A stretch of DNA of 64,000 nt from a virus. Its lineage: Duplodnaviria > Caudoviricetes. The number at the start of each line of letters is the position of its first letter. Positions within the stretch are counted from its first letter, which is position 1. This document shows, piece by piece, positions 1 through 8,630 of this stretch. Location of the stretch: the IMG/VR virus record IMGVR_UViG_3300002307_000055, positions 460 through 64,459 of that record; one strand, 5' to 3'. The notes beneath the pieces were generated by a model, which was not told the DNA's origin, searched no databases, and was given only the letters and a program-made list of their open reading frames with translations. Made by a program: the position numbers and the translations under genes.

Positions 1-59
1 TCAAAACCCTTGTATCCTGTTATGGTAGGGGTCGTTTCTGCTTTTGGTTTTTGTTTCAT
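1..59 (-). CDS. 5' part of a gene running off the left edge (MKQKPKAETTPTITGYKGF...), YKGF(D)-start phage protein
   Basis: ATG at 59-57 behind an A-rich leader, open to position 1; the GYKGF start resembles a common phage family (DUF7666-like). Confidence 0.5.
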   Translation of the reverse strand, partial: MKQKPKAETTPTITGYKGF

Positions 60-124
60 TTTGTTTTGATTTATTTATAAAATTAATAATTGTTTGCTAT
101 GACTAGCTACCCGAACATGAGTAG

Positions 125-211
125 TTATAATATTAAATAGGTTATGTAAAGAGCCAAAGCCGAAAGGGAGAGGATTAAAAATAGTTTGGACTCTTTGGTT
201 AACTGTTTCAT
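125..211 (-). CDS. 28-aa single-TM peptide
   Basis: My translation MKQLTKESKLFLILSLSALALYITYLIL; ATGA overlap with the upstream ORF stop. Confidence 0.45.
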   Translation of the reverse strand: MKQLTKESKLFLILSLSALALYITYLIL

Positions 212-522
212 GGGGTTATATTATTTATTGTGTAATAAATATACTTTCCTTTTGCCTGTTTAACTATCCCGTTTTTTATGAGTCCATTTCTATTGAATAC
301 CTGCATATTTTCTATATAGCAAGTAGTAGAATAGTAATACTCATTTATGAGCTTTGTCAATCCCTCTATTGTCGGGCTACTGCAAATCTTATTCATATTT
401 TTACTTTTTAAAAGTGGTGCAGTTCTTATTTTCCCTGCCCCGTGAAAAATTAGTTTATTGTTATTGAATATATGATAGTACCCCCTGTGGCGTTCGTGTG
501 CTGTGTTATCATTCTGTATCAA
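208..522 (-). CDS. hypothetical early protein (true start may be internal MNKICSS)
   Basis: ORF track; co-oriented and overlapping with neighbours. Confidence 0.55.
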   Translation of the reverse strand: MIQNDNTAHERHRGYYHIFNNNKLIFHGAGKIRTAPLLKSKNMNKICSSPTIEGLTKLINEYYYSTTCYIENMQVFNRNGLIKNGIVKQAKGKYIYYTINNITP

Positions 523-715
523 GTTTTAAAAGTATCTTGTTAGTTAATATCCTAAAAGTATTATATACTTCATCCAGTACGTTTTTAGGGGCTGTGAAAT
601 CATAGGATAGTATCAGATTGTTATATCTGTCTTCCCTGAGTAGTACCTCTAGCCGTTGGGCAAATGATTTACTTTTTACCTCGCTTGGCTTTCCTATTTT
701 TATGTATCTGCTCAT
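509..715 (-). CDS. hypothetical early protein
   Basis: ORF track; operon packing. Confidence 0.6.
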   Translation of the reverse strand: MSRYIKIGKPSEVKSKSFAQRLEVLLREDRYNNLILSYDFTAPKNVLDEVYNTFRILTNKILLKLDTE

Positions 716-738
716 TTTTTATGCTTGTGTGAGGTTAT

Positions 739-969
739 TTAATAGCAAATGTTGGTTTTTTCTCCTGTGAATATCCTTTCAGCCATTGCCTAAGATATTT
801 CAGCTTCGATAGGCTTATCAGATTTCAAAGCGTATATAAATGGATAATCAAGTTTAACGCCTGATAACTTGGCTGGATACTTTACGCCTCCATATTCTAA
901 GGTTAATCCCTCTTTTTCGTTTACCGCCTCTATGATTTCGCGGTGCTTGTCTATTAGTGTGATGTTCAT
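739..969 (-). pseudogene. paralog of 2030..2263 interrupted by an in-frame TAG at 792-790 (pseudogene or readthrough)
   Basis: Translation MNITLIDKH...EAEIS*AMAERIFTGEKTNICY aligns with MNITQ...TIEISWPLMERLASGETNTVII. Confidence 0.7.
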
Positions 970-990
970 TTTTTTATAATTTAATTGGTT

Positions 991-1017
991 AAAAAAGCGG
1001 GGGCTAGCTGCTCCCCT
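991..1017 (-). terminator. possible intrinsic terminator/attenuator after the DUF932 gene
   Basis: Minus strand GGGG-agcagctag-CCCC followed by GCTTTTTT. Confidence 0.4.
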
Positions 1018-1032
1018 CCATTAAACAGAATC

Positions 1033-1980
1033 CTAGTTTGCAAATTCAAGTATCTTATTAAATGCTCCGTTGTTGACTGCGAAGCCTGAACCAGTGTAAA
1101 GGCTTTCAAGTCTTGCGTTCTCGCGGCTCGGTACTGGCATTTTGTGAGTAGTGTAATTTGTTACACCTGACATTAAACCCCATAGAGATTGCCCCTTTTG
1201 GTTTATCTCTGTACTGATAGAGGCTAAAAGTTCATTAGTCCTATTGATTGCATAGGTAGTGTTTTTGTCGTTATTACGGTATCCCTTATCCATTACATCT
1301 ACATCAGTAATGTTTTTAACTACCTGTGCAATGTGTATGGGCTTAATCTCGATGTTTGATAGCCTTATGAACTTATCAAATAGGTTTGTTTGATCAGTGA
1401 TTACTCCCTGCAAAGTTCTTATTGCATCTTCTACGCGGGTATGTATGCTTTGGGTATGTCTTGCGCTTTGTTTTAGACCCTTACTGGCATACATAAAGGT
1501 ATTGCGGCAAGATATAGTAATGTTAGTTTCCCCCCATTTTAAAGAGGTTGTACCATCATGGCTGTTTATGCCTGTCAAAAAGCCGTTTACACTGTCATTA
1601 TTTGTTCCGATGCCCTGTATTTTGTTAGGGCTTTTGAGCTGCAAAAATACTTTGCCCCCTCCGTTAAAAGAACCACCTGAATGGATTTCGTATCCTGTTT
1701 TCTCGCTTATCCTTATCAGCATTTCGGCAAGTTCAGTGTTTTGAAATGGCATATACGATTCCTTACAAGTAGTAAAGCATTTTTGGGTATCCTCCCTGAC
1801 AATGCCGTAAAATCCGCTTGGCTGCCCTGACGGTACATTTAGAACCTCTTTTGATATCTTCCAAGATAACCCATATTTGTCAAGTAGCTCCCCTACGTGG
1901 TAAGCATTCTCAGGGTTTTGAACGTTTTCAAATACACCGTTTAAGATGTTGTCTGCAAAGTTGTCGGTATTGTTTACCAT
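1033..1980 (-). CDS. DUF932-family phage/plasmid protein (TIGR03299-like)
   Basis: 315 aa; GLSWKISKE, YMPFQN, GGSFNGGGKVFLQ, NSHDGTTS, ITISCRNT, LWGLMSGVTNYTTH motifs typical of DUF932. Confidence 0.8.
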   Translation of the reverse strand: MVNNTDNFADNILNGVFENVQNPENAYHVGELLDKYGLSWKISKEVLNVPSGQPSGFYGIVREDTQKCFTTCKESYMPFQNTELAEMLIRISEKTGYEIHSGGSFNGGGKVFLQLKSPNKIQGIGTNNDSVNGFLTGINSHDGTTSLKWGETNITISCRNTFMYASKGLKQSARHTQSIHTRVEDAIRTLQGVITDQTNLFDKFIRLSNIEIKPIHIAQVVKNITDVDVMDKGYRNNDKNTTYAINRTNELLASISTEINQKGQSLWGLMSGVTNYTTHKMPVPSRENARLESLYTGSGFAVNNGAFNKILEFAN

Positions 1981-2029
1981 AATTAAGATGCGATTTTACT
2001 GTTGCGCCCAGTCTGTTTAATATTAAAAT

Positions 2030-2263
2030 TTAAATTATTACTGTGTTAGTTTCTCCGCTTGCAAGTCTCTCCATAAGCGGCCATGATATTTCAATGGTCG
2101 TATCCCCTGAGCAAATTATAGGCCATTGGAGCTTAGAGCCTGCTGCATATGCTTTATGTTTCCCGTTATCAGTTTCTAAGAATATGGCAACGCTATTAAC
2201 TTTGTCTATTAGCGTCCTCCGTTTTTCATAGACTGCTATTTGTATTTCTTGTGTAATATTCAT
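2030..2263 (-). CDS. hypothetical protein (intact paralog of 739..969)
   Basis: ORF track; similarity to 739..969. Confidence 0.75.
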   Translation of the reverse strand: MNITQEIQIAVYEKRRTLIDKVNSVAIFLETDNGKHKAYAAGSKLQWPIICSGDTTIEISWPLMERLASGETNTVII

Positions 2264-2345
2264 AATGCTGTTTTTGTTTGGTTATTTAAAAATGGTGTTA
2301 CTGTTATCGCCTCAGTCGGTGAACATCTCACCTTAAACCGAAAGT

Positions 2346-2774
2346 TTACTGATTTTTTGCAAGTTTGATGTTAGCATAGTCTCCCGCACTTTTGTAGTAT
2401 GTGCCGTGGTATGTTTTGCCGTTTATGGCTTTAACCGTTATATGTTGTCTAGTGTCTCCAAAAAATGCTTTAAAGGCAGGCGCAAAAGATACATTTCCTA
2501 ATACCTCTCCAGTCCAAGTGGTTGCCTTAGAATCACTCTCTGATATGTATAAGGTGTATTTTGTAGGCACATTATTGATAAATTCATAAACCTCTATTGA
2601 GCTTCTATCTTCATTTGTCAAAGCATACCCGCCAACAAAAACCCGTCTTTGTTCTTGTTCTTCTATTGATAGCCAATTTTTACCAAGTGATTTTAAAAAC
2701 TCATTTTCGAGCTTATTTATAATACAAAGTTTTTCATAAGTCTCTTTGCTGATAATGTTTGTTGTGTGTGACAT
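2346..2774 (-). CDS. hypothetical early protein, first gene of the leftward operon
   Basis: 142-aa ORF just downstream of a TAnnTTTG promoter. Confidence 0.75.
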   Translation of the reverse strand: MSHTTNIISKETYEKLCIINKLENEFLKSLGKNWLSIEEQEQRRVFVGGYALTNEDRSSIEVYEFINNVPTKYTLYISESDSKATTWTGEVLGNVSFAPAFKAFFGDTRQHITVKAINGKTYHGTYYKSAGDYANIKLAKNQ

Positions 2775-2815
2775 TGTGAGATGTTTTATTGATACGCTTA
2801 ATTGCTTATCGAATA

Positions 2816-2823
2816 CAAATGTA
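2816..2823 (-). promoter_or_regulatory. Bacteroidota sigma70 -7 element for the leftward early operon
   Basis: TACATTTG on the minus strand matches TAnnTTTG, 40 nt upstream of the ATG at 2774. Confidence 0.65.
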
Positions 2824-3408
2824 AATCAACTTAATCATATAAACAAGCTCACAAGTATAATATGCCTTAAATAATAATAAACGTACCTAATGTTTAAACC
2901 AACGTACATATATAACCCAATCTTTTAACAATTAAACCCTTTTTTTTATTCCTCTGCCTACCGTGTAGCGTAGCGGAACGAATCAAATAAACCTGTATTT
3001 GTATTCCCTCTATCCTTGTAAGTATATCCTCACATATTACCATCTATTCAGCCTATCTATATCAATCCCTCAAAACATACCCAAATTAACCCCAAATAGC
3101 CTATTTAAAGCCATATAACCAGTGCATCCTTATAACTACTCCATTAACCAATAAAACTACCTTAAAACCCCTATAAATAGCCGTATAGAATAAATCTAAC
3201 ATACATTACACCGATTTGAAAGCAATAATACATGGTTCTAACATCACACAATCTCTATCGCTATCCATGAGTAAAAGAAATGGCTAATTGGTATTGTATT
3301 AATACATCCATTTAAAAACAGCTAAAAAATAGTGCCTCAAACGTTGTGTATAACTAGCTTTGAGTAACATTTTGGTATGTAAGATTAATTTACCAAAGTT
3401 AAGTTATT

Positions 3409-3924
3409 TTGCCTATATTTGTGTGTATGAATAGCAACCCCGATTTGTCAGAAAATAGCCCCGAAATAGAACATAATCCCTTTGTAAATGAAATGTTTAT
3501 GTTCAGAGGTCGTGCGGTAAATGATTTTACCAACAAAGTAACCATAGGTAAGATTAATTTACCGTCTGAATGGCTCACAGATACCACTCCAAAGATTAAT
3601 AAATACCGCAATTTGGATATTATGGAGGCTGCATTAAATCTATCTCCAGCAGCGTCTAAGGTTTGGATATGGATAGAATACCATTTAAAATATAAGCATG
3701 ATTATATAATACTGGATAAGGCCAAGATCATGGAACGGTTAAATATTACCCGGCAAACGTTCAGGGCTGCTATAATTGATTTGGAGCTGAACCACTTTGT
3801 AAGGCAGTCTCTCAATCCAAAGACTAAGACAAAGTATTATATTAACCCACGTATTATATTTTATGGCAATAGAGGTATTGCTTATCCTGACCACGTTAAA
3901 TTAAACACACTTAAAAGACATTGA
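3409..3924 (+). CDS. winged-HTH protein resembling RepL-type plasmid replication/maintenance proteins
   Basis: LSPAASKVWIWIEYHL...IMERLNITRQTFRAAIIDLE...YYINPRIIFYGNR resembles the RepL-like pattern. Confidence 0.55.
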   Translation: MPIFVCMNSNPDLSENSPEIEHNPFVNEMFMFRGRAVNDFTNKVTIGKINLPSEWLTDTTPKINKYRNLDIMEAALNLSPAASKVWIWIEYHLKYKHDYIILDKAKIMERLNITRQTFRAAIIDLELNHFVRQSLNPKTKTKYYINPRIIFYGNRGIAYPDHVKLNTLKRH

Positions 3925-3928
3925 CAAT

Positions 3929-4285
3929 ATGGTAATCAAACACTTAAGCGAACAACACGATAGCATAGGATATGAATTTATATATCCAACATCTAAAAGT
4001 CCCATAACTGATATTGACATCTATACAATGAATTATGATATTAATGTTGAATTTGGTAGAATATGGGATGTTAAGCCAGAAATGATAAATCCAACCAACG
4101 AAAAAAGAAGGTTCGTATATTGGCTAGGTGAACAAGGAGTAACTGAGCAAGTGCTTCCATATTCAGAGTGTTTAACTGGTCAGCCATTGGACCAAGTAGA
4201 AATAAATCCTTTAATCGGGCCTAATCCTTTCTTTTGTACATCTCATCAAATGACAGATTGGATACTTAGCAAGGCTTTAAAGTAG
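3929..4285 (+). CDS. hypothetical protein
   Basis: 118-aa ORF directly after 3409..3924. Confidence 0.65.
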   Translation: MVIKHLSEQHDSIGYEFIYPTSKSPITDIDIYTMNYDINVEFGRIWDVKPEMINPTNEKRRFVYWLGEQGVTEQVLPYSECLTGQPLDQVEINPLIGPNPFFCTSHQMTDWILSKALK

Positions 4286-4601
4286 GGTTTACCCTCAATC
4301 CTCCCATACATTACCCATCTAATCCACACACAATCAGTTTAAAAGCCTCTCAAATGTTAAATTTAACAGTCTACAAACAGGATTGATTCTATTTGTTGTA
4401 ACATTCAACATGCCTAGACCAGTTAGTTAGACGGTAAAAATACCCGCCAATTAGATATTACCCGCGATAGATTTGATTTGAAAAAGAGGGTTTGGAAAAT
4501 CAGGTAGGGGGTTAGGGGGATATGAGTTTAAAGACCCCCCGCCCGCCATACCACACCACACAAGCTCACGATTTTAAATTATTTGGTATGTAGGAAGTTG
4601 G

Positions 4602-4609
4602 TATATTTG
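4602..4609 (+). promoter_or_regulatory. TAnnTTTG promoter element
   Basis: TATATTTG, with ATG 5 nt downstream at 4614. Confidence 0.55.
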
Positions 4610-4613
4610 TAGT

Positions 4614-4730
4614 ATGAATTTCGACAAAGCTATACAGATTGTTTTAATGATATGTTGTGTAGGGGTATTGGCAGCAATATTATCATTACTTATTTTATTA
4701 GTTTTTGTGGTGAGTAAACTATGTATATGA
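4614..4730 (+). CDS. 38-aa single-TM peptide
   Basis: My translation MNFDKAIQIVLMICCVGVLAAILSLLILLVFVVSKLCI. Confidence 0.45.
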   Translation: MNFDKAIQIVLMICCVGVLAAILSLLILLVFVVSKLCI

Positions 4731-4906
4731 CAGAATATCAATGGTTTTCTTTTGGTGGTCATGTAAGGAATTGGGTAAGGTTGGAGGGGGATATACCGCA
4801 CGTTGAGTTTAAGATGGATGGTGGAGGGATACCATTATTGGCATTTTTATTCAGTGGGTATGTTGGGGACAGGATTTTGATAATGGACGGAGTAATAGCG
4901 AATTGA
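4721..4906 (+). CDS. hypothetical protein
   Basis: Overlaps both neighbours in ATGA fashion. Confidence 0.5.
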   Translation: MYMTEYQWFSFGGHVRNWVRLEGDIPHVEFKMDGGGIPLLAFLFSGYVGDRILIMDGVIAN

Positions 4907-5352
4907 TGGGAGGGGGTGAGAGGGTATCGGTTGGAGAGTACAGGGCTATGGTAGGAGCTAAAATAAGCCCGTTTAAGGCACGAATGAGTGCATCGGAGTA
5001 CAATTCTACCTTTGGGAAGGAGAAAGTGGCTGTAAGGGCTTCTAACAAGTCCAAGTATAGGAATAAGAAGACTGAGGTAGAGGGTATAAAGTTTGACAGT
5101 CAGAAAGAGGCGGCTCGATACCAAGACTTAAAGATTCAACAGTTTGGTGGGGGCATATCGGGGTTAGAGTTGCAGAAGGTATATGAGATAGAGATAAATG
5201 GGGTTAAGGTCTGCAAGTATAAGGCTGACTTTACGTATGTGCTTGATGGCGTGTTAGTTGTTGAGGATGTGAAGGGTATTAAAACGGCGGTATATCGGTT
5301 GAAGAAGAAGCTACTCAAAGCTGTTTACGGGATAGATATACTAGAGACTTGA
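4903..5352 (+). CDS. DUF1064-family PD-(D/E)XK endonuclease
   Basis: SKYRNKKTEVEGIKFDSQKEAARY...YKADFTY...VVEDVKG...YRLKKKL. Confidence 0.85.
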   Translation: MMGGGERVSVGEYRAMVGAKISPFKARMSASEYNSTFGKEKVAVRASNKSKYRNKKTEVEGIKFDSQKEAARYQDLKIQQFGGGISGLELQKVYEIEINGVKVCKYKADFTYVLDGVLVVEDVKGIKTAVYRLKKKLLKAVYGIDILET

Positions 5353-5662
5353 TTAGTCGTAAAAGTCATTAACAGATTTTTTGGTCGCTTGGTCAACGCT
5401 ACATGGGATGGGCGGGTTATCCCTAACCTGTTGCAATACGCCACCGCGCCTATTCGGATTTACCCCATGATGGTGTAAGTGTGACAGGTGGGAGAAGAAT
5501 GATTTTACCTTTCTCCAATGGGATAGCCAAAAGTCTTTCCACATATCCCAATCGAATTTTAATCCTATGATAGCCATGACCACAAATCTACGAAAGAATT
5601 TGAAATATCCAAATAAATGTTTTGCTTTGTAGTATAAAGATGTAGGGGTTAATTTATATCCG

Positions 5663-6370
5663 ATGGCAAAACTTAAAGCAGTACGAGTCAGCACAAGTTC
5701 TGATTTGCATAATAAGGTATCAAAGAAGTGGCAACACATAAAGATTTCATCGGGCAATATTATATCCAATGACAAAACATTTTTTAATAAAAACGAAATA
5801 GGAGAAAGCAAAGAAATAATTTGGTCAGGAACAAGGAAAGAAATATTGGACAGATACCTTGTAAGTATCAGGTCGGTTTTCAAACTTGAACCAAGTGACA
5901 TGATTTTCATAAAAGCCATCCTGACAGCCGAGTATTTCCGTACCGAGATAGATTGGAATTTGGACGGGGTAAAGTACGTATCTGACAAAACGGGCGTGTC
6001 AGTCAATCTATGTAGACAGCAAATGACATCGCTTAGTAAGTACAAAAATTTGTTTGTCAAGGTAAAAAAGGGGCTTTATAAAATAAACAGGAATGTTTTG
6101 TTTCACGAACTAGACATACAAAATACAAGTCTTATTCAACTTGTAAGTAGTTTTCAGATAACCGATGCAAAGCCTAGCTTGTCCGACTTTGTTAAAAATG
6201 GCGGGGAGATAACGGAGGAACTGGTAGATGAATTTCTACTTACTAGCAATCGGATAAAGGAGATGTACAATAAACAGGAACGTGATAAGGAGAAGCAAAA
6301 GAAGGAGGAACAGAAACGCATAGAGCAGGCAGAGGAACAGAATAAAGTAAAAATAAATCCATTCGCCTAA
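5663..6370 (+). CDS. wHTH DNA-binding protein (second RepL-like)
   Basis: VSDKTGVSVNLCRQQMTSL...VKKGLYKINRNVLF wHTH pattern; charged C-terminus. Confidence 0.55.
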   Translation: MAKLKAVRVSTSSDLHNKVSKKWQHIKISSGNIISNDKTFFNKNEIGESKEIIWSGTRKEILDRYLVSIRSVFKLEPSDMIFIKAILTAEYFRTEIDWNLDGVKYVSDKTGVSVNLCRQQMTSLSKYKNLFVKVKKGLYKINRNVLFHELDIQNTSLIQLVSSFQITDAKPSLSDFVKNGGEITEELVDEFLLTSNRIKEMYNKQERDKEKQKKEEQKRIEQAEEQNKVKINPFA

Positions 6371-6693
6371 TGGCTAAAAGGCGTAAGTACTCCAAACCCA
6401 AAGCTACCCCCAAAGCTCAACTGATTGATAAGCTACGAAAGAAATACGCTCTAAACTATGAGGATGCCTATTACTATACTCAGGCTTGCGACTATATCAT
6501 TGACAATCTGCTAAAGCTCGGCTGCCCTCTGACTATCCCAAATGTCATGCAGGTAAAAATAAATACTAAAGATTTAGACCATAAGAAAATCAAGGCTAAC
6601 AAGGCGTATCTGCAACGGGTGATGGCGGGTAAAGAGCAATTTTACCATCATTCTAGCCTCAAACCAAAATACTTCCCAACAAAGTTGATTTGA
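6370..6693 (+). CDS. basic hypothetical protein
   Basis: TAATG overlap with the previous gene. Confidence 0.7.
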   Translation: MAKRRKYSKPKATPKAQLIDKLRKKYALNYEDAYYYTQACDYIIDNLLKLGCPLTIPNVMQVKINTKDLDHKKIKANKAYLQRVMAGKEQFYHHSSLKPKYFPTKLI

Positions 6694-6719
6694 CATTTTC
6701 ATTCCTATTCATATCTTTG
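6689..6719 (+). promoter_or_regulatory. Bacteroidota promoter TTTG-N19-TATCTTTG
   Basis: TTTG at 6689-6692 and TATCTTTG at 6712-6719, upstream of 6749. Confidence 0.75.
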
Positions 6720-6748
6720 TTACACAATTATTCATAAAAACAATAAAA

Positions 6749-7459
6749 ATGCAAACAACAGGTAAGGGTAAGGGCGGGAAATCAATCAAGCTGAACCCCA
6801 ATCAACAAAACGGGCAACCAAAGGTAATTCATGCTTCACTTAGAGTATTGACACCTAAGAAAATAGAGCTTACATCGGCAGAAGCGTCAAGGGTATCGGT
6901 CATATTCGGACTGCTATCGGTAGTGAACAGGGCTTTGCCGGGCTTCATCGCAAGGTGGGTGACTAAAAATAACTCTGAACTGATACGGGTGCAGAAACAA
7001 TACCACGATAACATCGCAGCGTGGAAACAAAAGTACCTCGTATCACCTGACGATGAGGACACTAACCGCCTTTTTGTAGAGCGCGGTAATCCTGAACCTG
7101 TATGGGATGATGAAAAGAAAGAAATCATATCTGGCGACAAGCTCAAATGGAGTGGCAAAAAAGATGGCAACGGGAATCATATCGAATATGTATCGGTGTA
7201 CACTGACAAGCCTTTCAACCCTGAAAGCAAGGTCAGGTACTTCTACGAACTGAAAGACGAGAACCTGCGCGATGAATGTGAGGCCGAAGAAAAAGTGCTG
7301 TCAGATGAAAAATTCCCACTGACCATACAGGCGGTGTTCTCGGAAGTGGCTGACGAACTGACAATGCCTACATCACACCCGAATGGCAATCCCGTAGACC
7401 TTGCCCTGCTGTATGAGCATTTCATCATCGAAGAAGAATCAGTAGAAAACGAAAACTAA
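6749..7459 (+). CDS. hypothetical late protein with a GKGKGGK N-terminus
   Basis: 236-aa ORF with A-rich leader. Confidence 0.8.
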   Translation: MQTTGKGKGGKSIKLNPNQQNGQPKVIHASLRVLTPKKIELTSAEASRVSVIFGLLSVVNRALPGFIARWVTKNNSELIRVQKQYHDNIAAWKQKYLVSPDDEDTNRLFVERGNPEPVWDDEKKEIISGDKLKWSGKKDGNGNHIEYVSVYTDKPFNPESKVRYFYELKDENLRDECEAEEKVLSDEKFPLTIQAVFSEVADELTMPTSHPNGNPVDLALLYEHFIIEEESVENEN

Positions 7460-7462
7460 TCA

Positions 7463-7777
7463 ATGAAAACAGTAATGATACCGCTTCCTGTGGTGAAGAT
7501 AAATGCGATAGATAAGCCTGAGACTATCCATTATAGCAGTGACAAACTTCGGGAACTGCATGTAAGGGATTTCTATGAGAGGGGCTTGGATAAGCCAATG
7601 AAGGGGGTATGTGTTCTGTTTGAGGGTATTGATAAGAACGAGAAGGAAGCCATATCTAGGGAGGCAGAGGAACGGGGTGAGAAGCCAAAGGGTAAGCCTT
7701 TTGTCATGGTAAAACTGGCAAAAGACGAATTGCTGAAATTGTTTACCGATAACATCCCTGAATACCATTGTTTGTAG
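7463..7777 (+). CDS. hypothetical protein
   Basis: 104-aa ORF, co-transcribed with 6749. Confidence 0.75.
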   Translation: MKTVMIPLPVVKINAIDKPETIHYSSDKLRELHVRDFYERGLDKPMKGVCVLFEGIDKNEKEAISREAEERGEKPKGKPFVMVKLAKDELLKLFTDNIPEYHCL

Positions 7778-7800
7778 TTATCGAAAAAAGATTATTTTTG
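7771..7800 (+). promoter_or_regulatory. Bacteroidota promoter TTTG-N18-TATTTTTG
   Basis: Consensus match upstream of 7820. Confidence 0.65.
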
Positions 7801-7819
7801 TACTAATAAAAACACTAAA

Positions 7820-8416
7820 ATGAAAAAATTACTCTCAATCGCTACGGTGTTATTCGCTTGTAGCCTTTCCTATGCTCAGATACCGATTGTAACGGGAACA
7901 CCGACAAATACATCTGCGCTTTCTAATGGCAACTATCAGATAGTAAACCTGCTGTCTACCGCAAAGTATAATGTCATATCGGTGACAACATACAACAACC
8001 TCGGCACTCAGTACACGCCTAACCGCAGTACATACAAAAATGTCGAATCCTACCTGCTGGCATACGCAGATACCGCAGGTGTACCCACACATGCACCTAC
8101 AACAATAGGGCTACCACAGAATCTTTGGGTGTACAATCCTAACAACACATCTATATTCTCGATAGCAGCAAATAAATATCTATCGGGGATAACTACAATT
8201 AAACTGGATAGCACATATACTTTCTCGGTGGTCAATAGCCCTGACAGCACACAGGTAGATAGCGTGGTATTTCACATAGCGAAGAAATACACATATCAGA
8301 CCCGAAGCCTAGTAGTCAATGGCGATGATGCTATAAGCGATAATAACGTGAGTGGCGGTGACTTCTATCTGCATGTAGCAAAGGTGGTCAACCCTCCTAC
8401 TGTACCAACATACTAA
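7820..8416 (+). CDS. secreted beta-rich protein (Sec signal peptide, Gln+1), stand-alone transcription unit
   Basis: MKKLLSIATVLFACSLSYA|Q; own promoter and terminator. Confidence 0.8.
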   Translation: MKKLLSIATVLFACSLSYAQIPIVTGTPTNTSALSNGNYQIVNLLSTAKYNVISVTTYNNLGTQYTPNRSTYKNVESYLLAYADTAGVPTHAPTTIGLPQNLWVYNPNNTSIFSIAANKYLSGITTIKLDSTYTFSVVNSPDSTQVDSVVFHIAKKYTYQTRSLVVNGDDAISDNNVSGGDFYLHVAKVVNPPTVPTY

Positions 8417-8448
8417 GCTATTTCATCGAGTTTTTGGTTTATTTTTAA

Positions 8449-8473
8449 GTGCGCTCAAATGGGCGCATTTTTT
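8449..8473 (+). terminator. intrinsic terminator
   Basis: TGCGCTC-aaat-GGGCGCA followed by a T-run. Confidence 0.75.
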
Positions 8474-8475
8474 AT

Positions 8476-8506
8476 TTTGCGGTTTCAATAATGTTTTTTA
8501 TTTTTG
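8476..8506 (+). promoter_or_regulatory. promoter TTTG-N19-TATTTTTG driving the tRNA/ncRNA unit
   Basis: Consensus spacing match. Confidence 0.7.
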
Positions 8507-8559
8507 TGATGGCGAACGGCAATAGCAAGGTCAACCTTCTATATACCAATCGCTTTATT

Positions 8560-8630
8560 ACGTGGGTCGTCCAATGGGAGGACAGCAGTCTCCAAAACTG
8601 CCAATGAAGGTTCGAATCCTTAACTACGTG
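8560..8630 (+). tRNA. trnW: tRNA-Trp(CCA), no encoded CCA end, two G.A mismatches at the acceptor/T-stem junction
   Basis: D stem GTCC/GGAC, anticodon stem GCAGT/ACTGC with loop CT-CCA-AA, T loop TTCGAAT, acceptor ACGTGGG/ACTACGT, discriminator G. Confidence 0.85.

Noticed and set aside
1-59. Direct join of position 1 to 64000 gives an open frame (GYKGF-E-SSIVTT)
   Set aside because: This has a one-in-three chance. The window length is arbitrary, the join does not continue the 57-nt repeat, and the two ends resemble different protein families.
5353-6060. 235-aa antisense ORF overlapping 5663..6370
   Set aside because: No recognisable motifs; it is a shadow of the + strand wHTH gene.
7463-8416. 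TAG readthrough fusing 7463 to 7820 (same frame, no intervening stop)
   Set aside because: The spacer contains a consensus promoter, and 7820 starts with a signal peptide that must be N-terminal.
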